Source: Octopus vulgaris
Lineage: Eukaryota
DNA: 64,000 nt
NCBI GenBank assembly: GCA_951406725.2
Contig: OX597825.1
Span: forward strand, 14,880,001 to 14,944,000
Direction of reading: 5' to 3'
In this document: piece by piece, positions 22,739-37,188 of the stretch
Layout: every line of letters starts with the position of its first letter
How positions within the stretch are numbered: the first letter of the stretch is position 1
Made by a program: the position numbers and the translations under genes
Notes under the pieces: generated by a model
What the model was told of the DNA's origin: nothing
The model's input: the letters and a program-made list of their open reading frames with translations, nothing else
Databases searched by the model: none

Positions 22739-22898
22739 TACGTGGGGGTGCTGAAACATTTTCAGCTTTAAGAGGATAGCTTCCGAGTTTGAAAGGCTTA
22801 GGACCATTGCACTAAATATGTGAATCTAAGAGGGCCGGATGTAGTATAAAATCTGATGCTCCTACCGAAAGTCAGGAAATGTTCAGCCCCATCCCCTA
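22739..22898 (+). mobile_element. mariner-derived MITE
   Basis: Imperfect TIRs TACGTGGGGGTGCTGAAACATTTTCAGCTTT / AAAGTCAGGAAATGTTCAGCCCCATCCCCTA. Confidence 0.6.
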
Positions 22899-22917
22899 CA
22901 TACATATATATATGAAA

Positions 22918-23206
22918 ACGCATGGCTCAGCGGTTGGAGCGCCGAGCTTACGATCGTGAGGTTGGGAGTTCGAATCCCGGACAGGGCTGCGTGTTGTGTT
23001 CTTGAGCAAGACACTTTATTTCACGTTGCTCCAGTTCACTCAGTTGTGACGTCACAGGTTCCAAGCTGTATCTGCTGTTGCCTTGCCCTTGGATAACACT
23101 GGTGGCGTGGACAGGGGAGGCCGGTACGAAAGGGTGACTGGTGGTCTTCCATAAACAACCTTGCTTGGACTTGTGCCTGGGAGGGTAACTTTCTAGGTTG
23201 GGTCTC
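22918..23206 (+). mobile_element. tRNA-derived SINE, family D (CORE-like)
   Basis: A box TGGCTCAGCGG, B box GAGTTCGAATCCC, TAC at the anticodon position, CORE-like GTGTTCTTGAGCAAGACACTT. Confidence 0.75.
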
Positions 23207-23997
23207 AATATATATATATATGCGCGTTTTTGTGTAAGTTCGACCCTGTGTAATCATGGATTTTAAAAAAGAACTTTTAAGAACCTGAAGGAAATTATGT
23301 TCGCATTGATATCTTTAAAGAATCGGTAAAAGAAACGAAACATTTTATTTGTGTGTCTCAATCTACGTATATATACAATAGCGTTAGTGGAGTAGAATAG
23401 TTTCTGTAAAACGTTAATGTTTCCATTTTCGTATGTTGCCTCTTTTAAATTCGTTGCATTGTTAGTGAAATCATAAATTCATATTGGAAATCTTGCCAAC
23501 TCCATTTGAACATCACTGAACAGCGACATAGAAAATGCAAAACTTTGGTAAATTGGAAAAACTCCAACTTTAAACTGATAACAACTTAATTTCCATTAGC
23601 CAATAAGAACTGCAAAAACGTCTGGTAATGCAGTAGCAAGCAAAACCAATGTGAATATTTTGACATAGTCTTGTCAAAAAACATCTTCAAAAATATATCA
23701 GACTTTGTAAACAGAGAAAATATATTGCATTTAGATAAAAACAACATAGGAAATAAGGAAAATATTCGAATGGTGAGCATTAACGGTGTGAAATGCGAAA
23801 TTCGCAAAAATATATAGAATACGTCGAAAAATTGCAAAAGCGAAGATTTTCTGCTAACTATGCCCGTAATGAATTCGATCTCTACATGATTTTAAGAAAT
23901 ATTCGATTTTTTGTGTGTATCAAGTGAACTATTCTTTTCAAATAGCTTTAAATGCTTAAGTATAGCTGTAGGCGTTCGATATATAGTCAAACAATTT

Positions 23998-24036
<39 letters not shown>

Positions 24037-24074
24037 TGTTGGATATTATGTTAAATACTAACGGAAAATAGTCA

Positions 24075-24265
24075 GTCACATACACACACACACATGCGAC
24101 CACACACACACACACACACACTCATGCACACACTCTCTCACACACACAAAAACACCGCCTCACATACACATACACACGCTCACACACATATGCACGTATA
24201 TATAAATATATATACGTACAGACAAGTACATACATACATACATACACGCACTTACATGCAGTTCC

Positions 24266-24310
<45 letters not shown>

Positions 24311-24448
24311 ATACATATATATATATATATATACATACATATATATATATATATATACATACATATATATATATATACATACATATATATATATATACAT
24401 ACATATATATATATATACATACATATATATACATATATATATATATAA

Positions 24449-24485
<37 letters not shown>

Positions 24486-24540
24486 AATACATATATATAT
24501 ATATATATATGAATATATAAACATACATACATATATATTA

Positions 24541-24582
<42 letters not shown>

Positions 24583-24645
24583 TGTGTGTGTACATATGTA
24601 CACACACATATGTGCTTACATATAGTCATATATATAACATACACG
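24075..24645. repeat. compound (CA)n/(TA)n/(TACA)n microsatellite
   Basis: Simple repeats. Confidence 0.95.
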
Positions 24646-25032
24646 AATAAGTTAAAATAACATATATAATAGATACAGACTATAAGAGCTCAGACTGGAC
24701 TAGATACAGAAAATCTAACATCGAAGGAAGGGTGACGGAGTTCAAGCAAATAAGAGATAGCTACAGGCAATGTACCGGGCGATGTAATGAAACTATAATA
24801 TAATAAAAGATGGAAGGAAGGCGAGACGGTTGTAAATGGCATAAAATCATTTATGAAATATTTATAAAGAAGAGAGTAAAAATATATATGGAAATTAAGC
24901 AGCAAAACTGGAAAATCTGGAGAATAACTGCGTAGATTTTGTTTTATATTAAGATCTGTATAACTATCTAATCTATGATGTGCTCCAAATTAAAACTGCA
25001 TACATATACACGCATAGACAGAGAGGTTACAT

Positions 25033-25242
25033 ACGGCGAGCTGGCAGAAACGTTAGTACGCTGGGCGAAATGCGTAGCCGTATTTCGTCTGCCGTTACGT
25101 TATGAGTTCAAATTCCGCCGAGGTCGACTTTGCCTTTCATCGTTTCGGGGTCGATAAATGAAGTACCAGTTATGCACTGGGATCGATATCTGTCCTTGTT
25201 TGTCCCCTCTGTGTTTAGCCCCTTGTGGGTAATAAATAAATA
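25033..25242 (+). mobile_element. SINE family B
   Basis: Family B head, B box and tail. Confidence 0.85.
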
Positions 25243-27250
25243 AAAATGTATACGTCCATACACATATTTGATCAGTTTAAATATCGTTTATTTTTAATGA
25301 AAAACTAACACAATAGCGTATTTAGTTATATAATATATCTCTGATACCCCAAACAAGAATGGCATGAATCAGATAATACTAGCGTATAGATATAGAACTA
25401 GATAAATTCCGTGCTGAACTGCTATGGAATCTTAAGAAGACATTACATAATACATCCAGCCTATATTTTCGAAACAAGCAAATGTTGCATTTTACTTGTA
25501 ACCAAAAATAGCATATGTGTATATTTAAGAATTGAATATCTACAGGAAAATTGCCAGCTTTAAAAAGATGTATGAAACTGTGTCAAATATAACAGAAATC
25601 TGATTGTTTGGTAAGCGGACGTTGATACAAATAAAACTCAACCCATAAGATGCTCCATACAGAATATTATAAACATACGCTCTCTTCCAAATTTCAGGTA
25701 TTTCGCTCTAATAGAAAGGACTATTATAATACACAATATTTTAACATTTTTTATGATACAATTCCTAATAATATTTAATTATGAAAATATATTAATATAT
25801 TTTAAACATCGAATGGCTACGGTGGTCCATCCGAGCGAAAAACAAATAAATAAATGGTGTCCATAGGTAAAAGAAATGATTGAGAAACACCGGTGAAGGT
25901 GAACGTTAGACTGCCACTAATCAATCTTGGATGAAAAGTTGAAGTACATATAACGTTATATACATGACTTATATTCAGTGCAAGACACGGACATCCGTCT
26001 TACGAAATGTCGTTTGCGTTATGGTTGAAGGATAGAAATCCTACAAGACGTTATAGTGAACGTATGCAGTTATAGAGATACTAACATTTTACTGCCTATA
26101 TATTATTAAATATGTCATCTATCTTTTGACAGAATGATTCTAAGTGGAGTAGTATCAAGGATATGTGCATATGTATTTGTGTGTGTGTCTGTGTCTGTGT
26201 CTGTGTGCGCGTGTTTATGTAATACGAATAATAGGATAATTACCGTGCACGGATATGATGTAACTGAAATATCAAATGATTTTATGACAGCAGACATGTT
26301 GTACTCAATTGTAGTGAAATGTCCGGCATTGCGATGGAAATGATAATTCGAACATTTACGCCATTTCATTAGTGAAGAATATATGAAGAACTTATTTAAG
26401 ATAATAAAGAAACGAAAATATTATCTTCCCTTAATTAAGAGTTTATCTTCTACGTAATGACAGTTGCTCAAACTCATTTGGAATCGTAGCCAGAAGATAT
26501 TCAGTGACAAGTAGATTTAGAAAAAAAAAAATCAATTATTACAAATGCTTATTCTTCCAATGGCAAAGTCGCAAACAGGTAATTCAGCAATTTTTTTTTC
26601 TATTGTAAAGTGGTACCACGGTTGTGTTTACGCCACGTATGACTCCATTATTGCTATCACAGGTTTTGATGTCCTTCGAGGCGTTTTACTTCACTGCCTT
26701 CTGACAATAATAAAGAAATAAACGCAAGAAAGCGTACAACATAACTTTTAGATCTCTTGAAGTAATTTATATTCAAAGAAAGTCCATTTCACCGAAATGT
26801 CAACATTGTCTAACGTGTTCATTTATAACAACGTTTGAAGGTTTCTTTATGAAGACACAAAGGGAAAAGTGCATCACATAATTAGACAATAAAATATTCT
26901 ACCCTCTCACAACTCTACAAATCTAATGTTGTTTAAATACATATAAATTGTTCACAGGTCGATAAATTGTTCACATTTTCGTTTCATCTGTATTTCTGTA
27001 TTCTTATTCATATATATATGGATTTTTATGAGAAGAATATTATTACTCTAAACGTATTTTACGCGAAGTATATGCTGAAATTATTCATGCTAAATGTAAT
27101 GATGCATGCATAGTGTTGGATATAATTATATGTGAATTTATAAAATTTTATTTGCACGTATATACATATGTGTAAGCTTGTATACACTGATATACAATTG
27201 TCATAGAAATATGTGTATAACTTTACATGTGATTGCCTGTATGTGCCTTT

Positions 27251-27340
<90 letters not shown>

Positions 27341-28909
27341 TAATTGGTTAATGAGAGACGGAAGATCGAAGACACGAGAACTTTAATTAATCATTACAAT
27401 TGTTTCAACACGAGGTATGTTTTGTATTTTGGTATTTGAGAATGTAACAATCCAATAGGTATAGACGATTAGTTTTATTATCTAATAATATATATATTTA
27501 TCACGTCTTACACAGCAGCTTTGAGGCCGCCTATTACATGTCACTCATTCGACGTTTACATCTTCGACATTTCTGTCCCTTAGAACCTCTCTTTCTCTTT
27601 ATCGTTGTTTATACGCGCAAATTTCTGTACGCGTGTGTGTTTGCATGTGTACCAAAAGTACTATCGCCAAAACACGTCAACCTGGCCAAATCGTCGACAT
27701 CCAAACTGCCGCGCCAAACCTGCTCATTCCGTTTTGGGCAGATGGTATCAAAAGCAATAGTTTTGTGCCAATCACTCTTTATGTCAGTGGTGACTAACGC
27801 GCCATTTCTGAAACAATAATTTGTAATAACTCCTGCGCTCATTTACCACAAGAAATTTGCATCGTGGTTTAGGAGATTGAATATACTCCAATCTTTGTTA
27901 AATAGGCAACAGAGCACTTCTATAGTCATCTGAATATATAATCGCACTTAGACACCAAATAGAAGACCATTTCATGCATGCATCATTTACCAAATTTCTC
28001 TAAGCTCTAATAAAATTATTCTGGCTTACAATTTTTGTTAAAAACTGACATTTTCTCAGATACCATTGATAAATATCTTACAACATTCGTACTTATGATT
28101 TTTCTTTTATTTACTCAAATATAATCTTTTGTCAGTTATTGAGGGCGTTTAGATTATCACTGTAGCGTAACTAGGCTAAAAGATGTATTGCATTTTGTTA
28201 TCGGCGGTCTGTATCTAGCAATATACATGAGCTGATGGACCTCATCATACTATAAACTGATGTTTTGAAGCCTAACGATGTTATAAATGTAGAGTTACCT
28301 TGCAACTCCAGGATCTTTTTCTGTCTTCTGCACTATAGAACCCCGGCGAAAAAAATTAAGGAGCTCGGACAGAGAGCAGAAATGAGAAATATTAATAAAT
28401 ATGTAACTGCAACATCAAACCTGCTCTGAAGACTGAGTTCCTTTATTTCACAATCGTGCACATTTAAATTCCCTTCCATTTTCAAACACATTATTTGACA
28501 TGCGTATTTAAAACTTCCTTATGATACACTACCATACCAAATTCCCCAAACCTTTTAGAGCAGGCCCTATCATACATTAAAGAGTTCCACTTGCGACGAA
28601 TCGACAGTGTATGTTCTATGCAAAAACGTTGTTTAGTCTTTCTTTTCGACTTTTGATTTGATGCTGGAAGCTGAAATATAGAGTTCACGTTTTAGGAGCT
28701 TCATCAGCTTCACAGAATAAATTCTGTTTTCAGAGGTCCTATGCTTGTTGTAGGCAATTTTCTGCATAGCATGGATAAGCTGAATACTTGTTACTGTTTG
28801 GGAATCTGATTCTGATGATATTAAATGGAGGAATTATTTTTCTTGAATGGAAAATTTTAAATTCCTCCGGCACCATTCATACTTCGCACTGATTTGTACC
28901 CGCGATATT

Positions 28910-29212
28910 TTTGTTTGTTACTTCTCGAGCCACGCCTGGCTCATATGGGCCGGTTTCCCAGTTTCCTTGGTGTATAGGTTCCCTACCTGGACGGGACGCC
29001 AGTCTTTCGCAGATGAGCTGCAAGATGCAGGAGGAAAGCGCGAGAGAAATTTGTAGCGAAAGAGTCAGCAAAAGTTCGCCATTACCTTCTGCCGGAGCCG
29101 CGTGGAGCTTAGGTGATTCGCTCATAAACACACATCGCTAGGTCTGAGATTCGAACTCACGATCCCTCGACCGCCAGTCCGCTGCCCTAACCACTAGGCC
29201 ATGTGCCTCCAC
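28910..29212 (-). mobile_element. SINE with family C head and a different tail, inserted in the Helitron
   Basis: tRNA head on minus; 12-bp TSD ACCCGCGATATT at 28898-28909 and 29213-29224. Confidence 0.85.
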
Positions 29213-30357
29213 ACCCGCGATATTGAGCGAAAATCGTTCCTCTTCCCTGTTCCAACGAGATTACGGAATATGTGTGCGTTTGAATAAATGCTATTATAGG
29301 TATTTGATGTCTTTAACTGATAGACAGATTTCAGCAGTGATTGGGTTTTCGCAATTCTAAAGTAACCAAGCATTGTAGGGAATATCGTGTCCATTACGTA
29401 AGGAGATATTTCTAACTCCAACAATATCAGTATTACTTTATTAGTAGGACTTTGGGAAAATAGTGTGGATAGCTTAATATTTGTGAATGGAAATGTCACT
29501 CGTGGGTGTAATTCAAACTATATTTTCCCATTCACATGCGCAGTAAAGTCGTATGCAGTTCTCTCCGATGCTTGTGTTATTTGATTGTGCATTCCGGCAG
29601 AAATAGCTCTATCGATTTCTTTCTATATGCTGTGATCGTTTTCTAATTTAAAGTGAAAACACCAATGAGGTAAACATGTTTCTCGTCTTCAATAATACAA
29701 CGTTCATCATGATTCCTTAAGCGTCGTATTCGAAATCCTGTTGATGTTGATCCCAATTCAACTTGAAAAGTCGTTCACTTATAAGAGGACGATCTGCAAC
29801 CGTTTGATGTTCACTGAATTGACTTGTGAGGTCTTCGCAATTTAGTTTGTAGGTGAGTGTCACAAATAATGCTAGTTTCCCAAAGTTCTACAAAATGACT
29901 TGCAACGTGCCATAGGATCTTGTCAAATGTCACAGTAGATGGTAATTTCATGTAGCACCGTGTAAACATTCACTTGTATCATCATCACCGCCTTTACCAA
30001 AGCATTTTACATATCTAATTTTAAATATTGTCGGTAGTTTCGAATATTGTGCAAACGAGCAGATTGGTATTAGGCGTATTGGTATAGAAAATAACTCTTT
30101 AATCGATGGTGTCGGTTACACGATTTATTACCTGAATCATCTATGTCTATTATCTCAAAAGAATACAATTGGAGAGACGCCATTTTCTCAAATGCGTATT
30201 TCCTTCAGTGCATTGAGATGTCATCCATCTAAGTTGCCAGGAAAGTATGGATATATAACAGGACATATTCTTTGTAAAATTCGCTAAACATTTGAATACA
30301 TGGCTGATAGCTCTCTGCATTGAACTTATCAAATTTGTTGCAAGGTGACGATTTTCA

Positions 30358-30475
30358 TCGCCAATGTCAGGTAAGTCATATCTTCGCGGCTAATATCTTC
30401 TCAGCAAATCATACCTTCTCGGCAAATCACAACATTTCGGCAAGTCACCACTTCTCGGCATGTCATACCTTTTTC
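30358..30475 (-). repeat. 18-bp minisatellite (about 6 copies) encoding RRYDLP
   Basis: Minus translation KRYDMP-RSGDLP-KCCDLP-RRYDLL-RRY*P-RRYDLP-DIGDE. Confidence 0.75.
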
Positions 30476-31637
30476 TAAAGAATTAACCATCTGGAATGTT
30501 GTCAACGTGCAATCCAATAGAAACATTTACTGGTTTTTGTCAGCATAAATTTCTTTGACAGATTTTCTTTCAAATACCTTTTTGTTAGCGGAAGGCATAA
30601 CAGATTGAAGCGTACCTGATATACCATCAATATTGTCTATTTCTTTACCTGCAGGGAATTTCTGCAAATTTTGAAGCAGTTCTTTAGAACGGTAACATCA
30701 AATTTGCAGACAGGATATTGCCACTGTAATAGCATTTCTTTCTTTTGCAAAATAATCTATAAGCAACTTCTTGAATTCTGCAAGGTTAAACTGCCTCGAA
30801 CAACTATAGGAACGTTTGATTTTAAGTTCCACACGGTCATAGTAAAGTTGAAGCTCCAAATGTTTCTTCTCAAACATTTTGCTTCTAGTGAATCAATTAT
30901 GAGCATTTGATGTAGCTGAAGAGGTAAACCTGGTACGTCTGAAATATGGATAAACTCAGATATATAGTAAATAATAAAATCGAGATTGCCGAATGGTCTT
31001 CTAGTGCAGTCTCTCATGAATATCAATGCATTAAAACGACGGCATTTCACGTCCATTAAGCTGGAACACTGACGGGTTACATTGACAGCGAATTCCATTA
31101 CCGAGGCTATGTTATATTGCTTTGCAGCATTCATCATCTAATTTTGTCAGTTTTGAAGATTAATCCATTCTATGCTATTAGTTCGGGTGTTTGTTCTTGA
31201 GAGGGGCGTTGACGCGCTTGAGCAAGCTGTTCAGCCAATTGTTCTAGAATGTGTTTAGGCTGCTATCAAGGGACTAATTGTCATGCTGCTGAACAGGTTA
31301 GAGCGGCACGACGTAGAGCAGTTCTATGAGGATCAGCATTCTGAGACAAAATACATTGTTACTGTAGTCGAGAGCAAGGAAAGTACTTAGATTTAGTTGT
31401 GAGTACACGCTTGTTGTGGAAATATGAGTGTTGATTTTGCATCCATAATACAAGGGATTCGTGTTTCGAATGCTGCGAGCAATGGGTCGGACTATCTGCA
31501 CCATGCACATATACACGCCCCATACAAAGATATATATATATATATGTGTATATATATACGCGCACACATACACATAACTTCCCTCTCTCTCTCTCTAACA
31601 CACGCACACATGCACATATACACACACGCACACAGAG

Positions 31638-31675
<38 letters not shown>

Positions 31676-31777
31676 CTCTCTCTCTCTCTCTCTCAATATA
31701 TATATGTATATATATATATATATATATTGATGCAGATATCTATTTACATGTTTATGTATAAGTAGATAATTTGATGT

Positions 31778-31851
<74 letters not shown>

Positions 31852-32754
31852 GGATGATACTGATAGAAATGTGTATGTATGCATTTATCCATATCAAAAT
31901 TATATAGTATTCAAGATCATCGTAATGAACAACAGAAATATTTCAATTTTAATATTTCAATTTGTAAATTTGTAAATTGTACTCTTCTAAAGTTAGCGAA
32001 GGAAGAACATCACTGCATGCACGATCGTCTTTAAAATATGCAGATTTAATATTCACGTGTTAGTTAAATGATGTAAGCACATATTTCGTACGTTTATGCC
32101 ATCAGTATTATTATATAAATAACGTATATAAGTTGGGATATTGTTATAAGAACACACGTGTAATATAGCTATGTCGTAGCCAGTATGTCTTGGAAATGCT
32201 TCTCTTTATTATTCAATATTATATTAGTCTTCTTTCAATATGGATATTTCACAGTTTCATAGTCAACTAACATTACAGATTCAGTGATGAGACATCTATA
32301 CTATCACTTCATCTGGGAAAAAGCAGCTCCCAGAGCTGAACCAAATCATAATCTTTTGTTTTGAAATGCAACATGATATCGTCCAAAAGTCTCATTGTTG
32401 GATTCTCTGATCTTGGTTTGGCGGTAGCTAAACGAACACAACGATCCCGACGAACAGTAAATTATACAAAGGTTTGTGCATTATTTTCAACACGTTAAAT
32501 AGAGAATGGGCATTTTATTATAACATAGCTGCTACTGCATAGCAGCATAGGATTATAAGCAGAGTTAGTAATTTAATTCCACATTCAATACGGATGCCTC
32601 TTTATTTCTACATACGCTATTTAAGTTCAAACAGTTGACTTCTCACGGACGTGCTCAGTTTGCGTAAATCACAAAATGGAGTCAGCTTTGACACTATGCG
32701 ACAAGCTTTGGCATTTTTAGGTTAGGTGGGATCGATTAAGAGGTCTCAATAGAC

Positions 32755-32827
<73 letters not shown>

Positions 32828-33740
32828 TGTTTCTTTATTAGCCACACAGGGCTGCACACAGACGGGACAGATTACAAAGTAGAGCTTTTCTTTTTGCGAG
32901 GATAAAAGTGGTGTAGGTTTTCGATCAAAAGGGATCGTAAAAAGGAAAGAGAAAAAAAACAATCAATAGGGATCGATAGATAGATAGGGAGGGAGGGATC
33001 GATTGACAAACGGACTGACGGATGAAAGGATGGATGGAGGGCTGGAGGGCTAGATGGAGATTAGGAGAAGTAGAAATTTCACCTCGACAAGACTTGAAGA
33101 TCTTGTTCAAAGCTTCGGATTGATTACAAGCGCTAAAGAATCTAATGGTGCAGCAAAATTAACAAAACGCCACTTAAATAAACGGCTCTTTAACAGAAAT
33201 ACCAATTTTAGTATTGGGAAATTCTTACTACGACAAATTCAATTTTAGGTTTATTGCTTCAGTTAAAATTATAAGCTGAAAATGAAACAGATAGAGACAG
33301 TCTGTCTGTATGTTGCCTTTACTGGTCTCATCTGACAACTGATGTTATATTGTTTACGTACCAGTAACTTAACAGTTCGGCCAAATTAGTGGCCAGTATA
33401 ACAGATATCAAATTACAATAAATAATGCGATTGGTTTAATTGACTAAATCTCTTAAGGCGTTCTCCGAGAATGTACGCAATACAATAAATCCATTCGAAG
33501 AGAGAAAACTCACACACAAACACCTACGTGCACAAAATCTGTGGATAGACTAAGCTTCAAATTCTCAACAAGACCTATGAAATAAATCCACTCATTATTG
33601 AGAAGAGTGTTTTTCTCCAATAAAAGATGTCTTCGTTTATGTATACTAGAAACACAAATAACGTTGTATATTAGTGTCCGCACACGTGTGTGTGTGTGTG
33701 TGCCAGTGTATGTACGTGTGTGTTAATATTTATATGTGTA

Positions 33741-33952
33741 TTACTCTTTTACTCTTTTACTTGTTTCAGTCATTTGACTGCGGCCATGCTGGAGCACCGC
33801 CTTTAGTCGAGCAAACAGTCCCCGGGACTTATTCTTTGTAAGCCCAGTACTTATTCTTTCGGTCTCTTTTGCCGAACCGCTAAGTTACGGGGACGTAAAC
33901 ACACCAGCATCGGTTGTCAAGCAATGCTAGGGGGACAAACACAGACACACAA

Positions 33953-34024
<72 letters not shown>

Positions 34025-34187
34025 GACAGGCTTCTTTCAGTTTCCGTCTACCAAATCCACTCGCAAGGCATTGGTCGGCCCGAGGCTATAGCAGAAGACA
34101 CTTACCCAAGGTGCCACGCAGTGGGACTGAACCCGGAACCATGTGGTTGGTTAGCAAGCTACTTACCACACAGCCACTCCTGCGCCT
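33741..34187 (-). mobile_element. SINE family A
   Basis: Full-length, close to consensus. Confidence 0.92.
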
Positions 34188-35514
34188 ATGCATGCTTCTG
34201 CTAATTTATGTGTGTGTTTATCTTACTCTACGTATGTGTAACCAGCTGATACTTACTGAGCCAAAAAAAAGGGGGGTTACTACAAGAGAAAATATAGAAA
34301 TGTAATTACGACCGTAATTTATCGGATTGTTAACGGAATCTATGATATGTACATTGAAGAAATACTTTTTATTCAGAATATGTTTCTATTGATGTTCCAA
34401 AATTAAAAGTTGTCTTATTCCTGAATATGAATATAAACATGAACTGAATTTAAACAAGAAATCTTTACTTCCAAAGGAATTGTTACAGGTTAGATAGAAA
34501 TATAATTTTTTTTTTGTTTATTTAAATAGTTCCTCCAGTAGCGTTCGCCATATTGAGTTGACATTAGAAACGAGCTCACTGATCCAATTATCAAAAATCG
34601 ATATGCGGCTGCTATTTTTCACTTGTCAATAATTCCTCCGTGGTGTCTTATCTACAATAGGAATTACATTCTCACGTAGACTATAGTTCCGTTATTCGAA
34701 TCATACATGTCTACGAATTACTGAGTTTGATATTTCTTTGGAAGTTTGTTACAGTTTAGATATGTACAAATTGTCTCGTTTTTATGTTAGAAGAATAGTA
34801 TTGCTCCTTACATTTCGATCGAAGAATATTATTGTTCTCTTTTCGATCGTAATAAATACGATAGAAGATATTACTTAATCGTACCAACTTGTAGGCTTTA
34901 TATGGTTTAACAGCAGTTTATTATAAATTATTAAAATTCCTGTATTTCAGTGTAGATCAGATTTATAACGAGCAAATTTCAGATATCTTAAATAGTTTTG
35001 CTTTACAAAAGTGTGTGCAATAATATAAATGTATACCGGTATATAGGCTAGCATACAATATCGTTCTAAGGCCTGCCAAACAGAAAGACGTCACCAGCAT
35101 CCGGTCCAGCCACCCAGTTCAAAAAATTTCCGTTGTATTGCATTTAATGTTGCTGACATGATGACCTCGCTTCTAACAACTCCTTGTGGCCAGCCTTCAA
35201 CAGTAGCAGCCAAGCATATGGCCGCCGTCTCTATTCGGTTATCAAAGCCTGAATGCGCTGGTTCTCAGTAAGAAGCCTATGAAATTGTGTGTCAGTGCGT
35301 GCACGAGGGCGTGGGTGTTTTGTGTGTATGTCTTTAGTTTTAAACAATATAACTTAAGGATAGGCATCTTCAAGCTTTCAATTCTTGCTTTATATATTCA
35401 CTGAGTGGATATACAAATGAAAAGAAGCGCTGATTTACCTGCTACCGAACGGAAACGAGGAGCTATAGGTACTATAAATTGGAGCGATTTGGTTAGAATA
35501 TATTAAAGAATACC

Positions 35515-35744
35515 CATTTCTTTACTACCCACAAGGGGCTAAACACAGAGGGGACAAACAAGGACAGACAAAGGGATTAAGTCCATTATATCGACCCCCA
35601 GTGCGTAACTGGTACTAAATTTATCGACCCCGGAAGGATGAAAGGCAAAGTGGACCTCGGCGGAATTTGAACTCAGAACGTAAGACCAGACGAAATACCG
35701 GTCAGCATTTCACCCGGCGTGCTAACGTTTCTGCCAGCTCGCCG
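35515..35744 (-). mobile_element. SINE family B
   Basis: Full copy; 17-bp TSD ATATATTAAAGAATACC at 35498-35514 and 35745-35761. Confidence 0.92.
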
Positions 35745-35813
35745 ATATATTAAAGAATACCGGATTATACTACACTTGCACTGAGTCCTGTAATTTATCC
35801 CCTCTTGTGAATA

Positions 35814-35873
<60 letters not shown>

Positions 35874-36744
35874 TATATAGATAGATAGATACATACATAC
35901 ATATATAAATATATATATATATGTGTGTTTGTGTTTGTGTGTGTGTGCGAGTGTATATATATATATATATGTGTGTTTTTGTATATATACACATACATAC
36001 ATATACACACATATTCATATATGTGTGTATCTAAGTATATTGATTCATACATATATACATACTTGAGTAGGTATATATCATAACCTTCATAACGTGATTA
36101 AACCGTTTCTGTCGATTGTGGATCTATGCAGAGACTTGCACTGAACTCTGCGCTCGTAGAGGCGACATTTCGATGTTTGTTGATATAGCATACATTTCTA
36201 AGATGTTTCTTCTTCACTTTCATGAAAGCAGCATTTCATATGTATTATTAGCAATATAAAACGACAACTGTCTCTTTGATTTCATCTCATATTCTCAATT
36301 GTTTGCAGATCAAACGATATGAAAAATCCATTTTTAAAAAATGAATTACACCGCCGCAATAAAGCAACATTCTGTTGTAGTTTGTATTCTGCATTCTGTC
36401 ATCTACACAGGACTTCAATAGTGGAATGAATATAGCAAAATATATAAATCTAACATAAAGCTATTTTTGCAGGTACGTTGCTGCTGCTGCTGCTGCTGCT
36501 GTATTCCGAGAGTGGAAGTTCCATTTGTCTTCTTGATAAAAATGAAATAGATCTACGTCTTATTTGCTGTTCAGTTCACTTGCAGTAATGATATATATAT
36601 TCCGAGATCACCTGACTGAAGTAACTTTGCTGAAGAATACACGCAATTGCATACACATTGATCACAGGGATATATCGATATATCTATCTATCTATCTATC
36701 TCTATTTATCTATCTGTCCATGTATCTATCTGTATATATGTATA

Positions 36745-36901
36745 TAACGGGAAGCTTTATGAAAATAAACAAAAGACGAAGGCAGGTGGAGTACAAACAA
36801 ACAATTGTATTAATAAGGCGCTCAGGAATATAAATAAAACAAGTCTTTTATGTTTCGAGCCTACGCTCCTCAACATATACATATATATAATTTATACATA
36901 T

Positions 36902-36971
<70 letters not shown>

Positions 36972-37188
36972 TTACATATATATATACATATATATATATA
37001 GTTAATCCGAACAAGAAAGCACAAAAAAAAACACAACAACGCGAGGACGTGGAACAAATATAGTATTATTGGACGCTCAGGAAGGAAGGGAAGAAGGAGG
37101 GTTTAACGATTCGAGTGATGCTCTTTGTCGGAAACATAGGAGAAGGAAAAATCCAGAGAAGGGAAGACAGAGGGAAAATATCGACAAC
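36745..37188 (-). mobile_element. Penelope-LTR-like repeats (two hammerhead-like cassettes) around a microsatellite
   Basis: Minus GAGGAGCGTAGGCTCGAAACATA (about 36850-36873) and CCGACAAAGAGCATCACTCGAATCGTT (about 37105-37131); first cassette homologous to 15150-15340. Confidence 0.55.

Larger units (their letters stand above)
28450..31500 (-). mobile_element. decayed Helitron RepHel (N-terminal and Rep region)
   Basis: Minus-strand motifs in the expected order: MDVKCRRFNAL (Zn-finger like), RRYDLP, YPYFPGNLDG, LPSTVT, FGKLALFVTLTY..HQTVADRPLISERLFKL (29752-29884), EIDRAISA, IPYNAWLL..AEICLSVKDIKYL, ISA..WCRR..FSIQE; many stops and frameshifts; boundaries approximate. Confidence 0.8.

Noticed and set aside
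24094-24644. Many YI/IY/HT-rich ORFs here and at 387-714, 9736-10395, 31298-31897, 37947-38366, 47561-48185 and 61038-63320
   Set aside because: Translations of (TA)n, (CA)n and (TAGA)n repeats.
36462-36540. Splice-acceptor-like TTTTTGCAG followed by (CTG)n
   Set aside because: Isolated signal with no open frame or partner exons.
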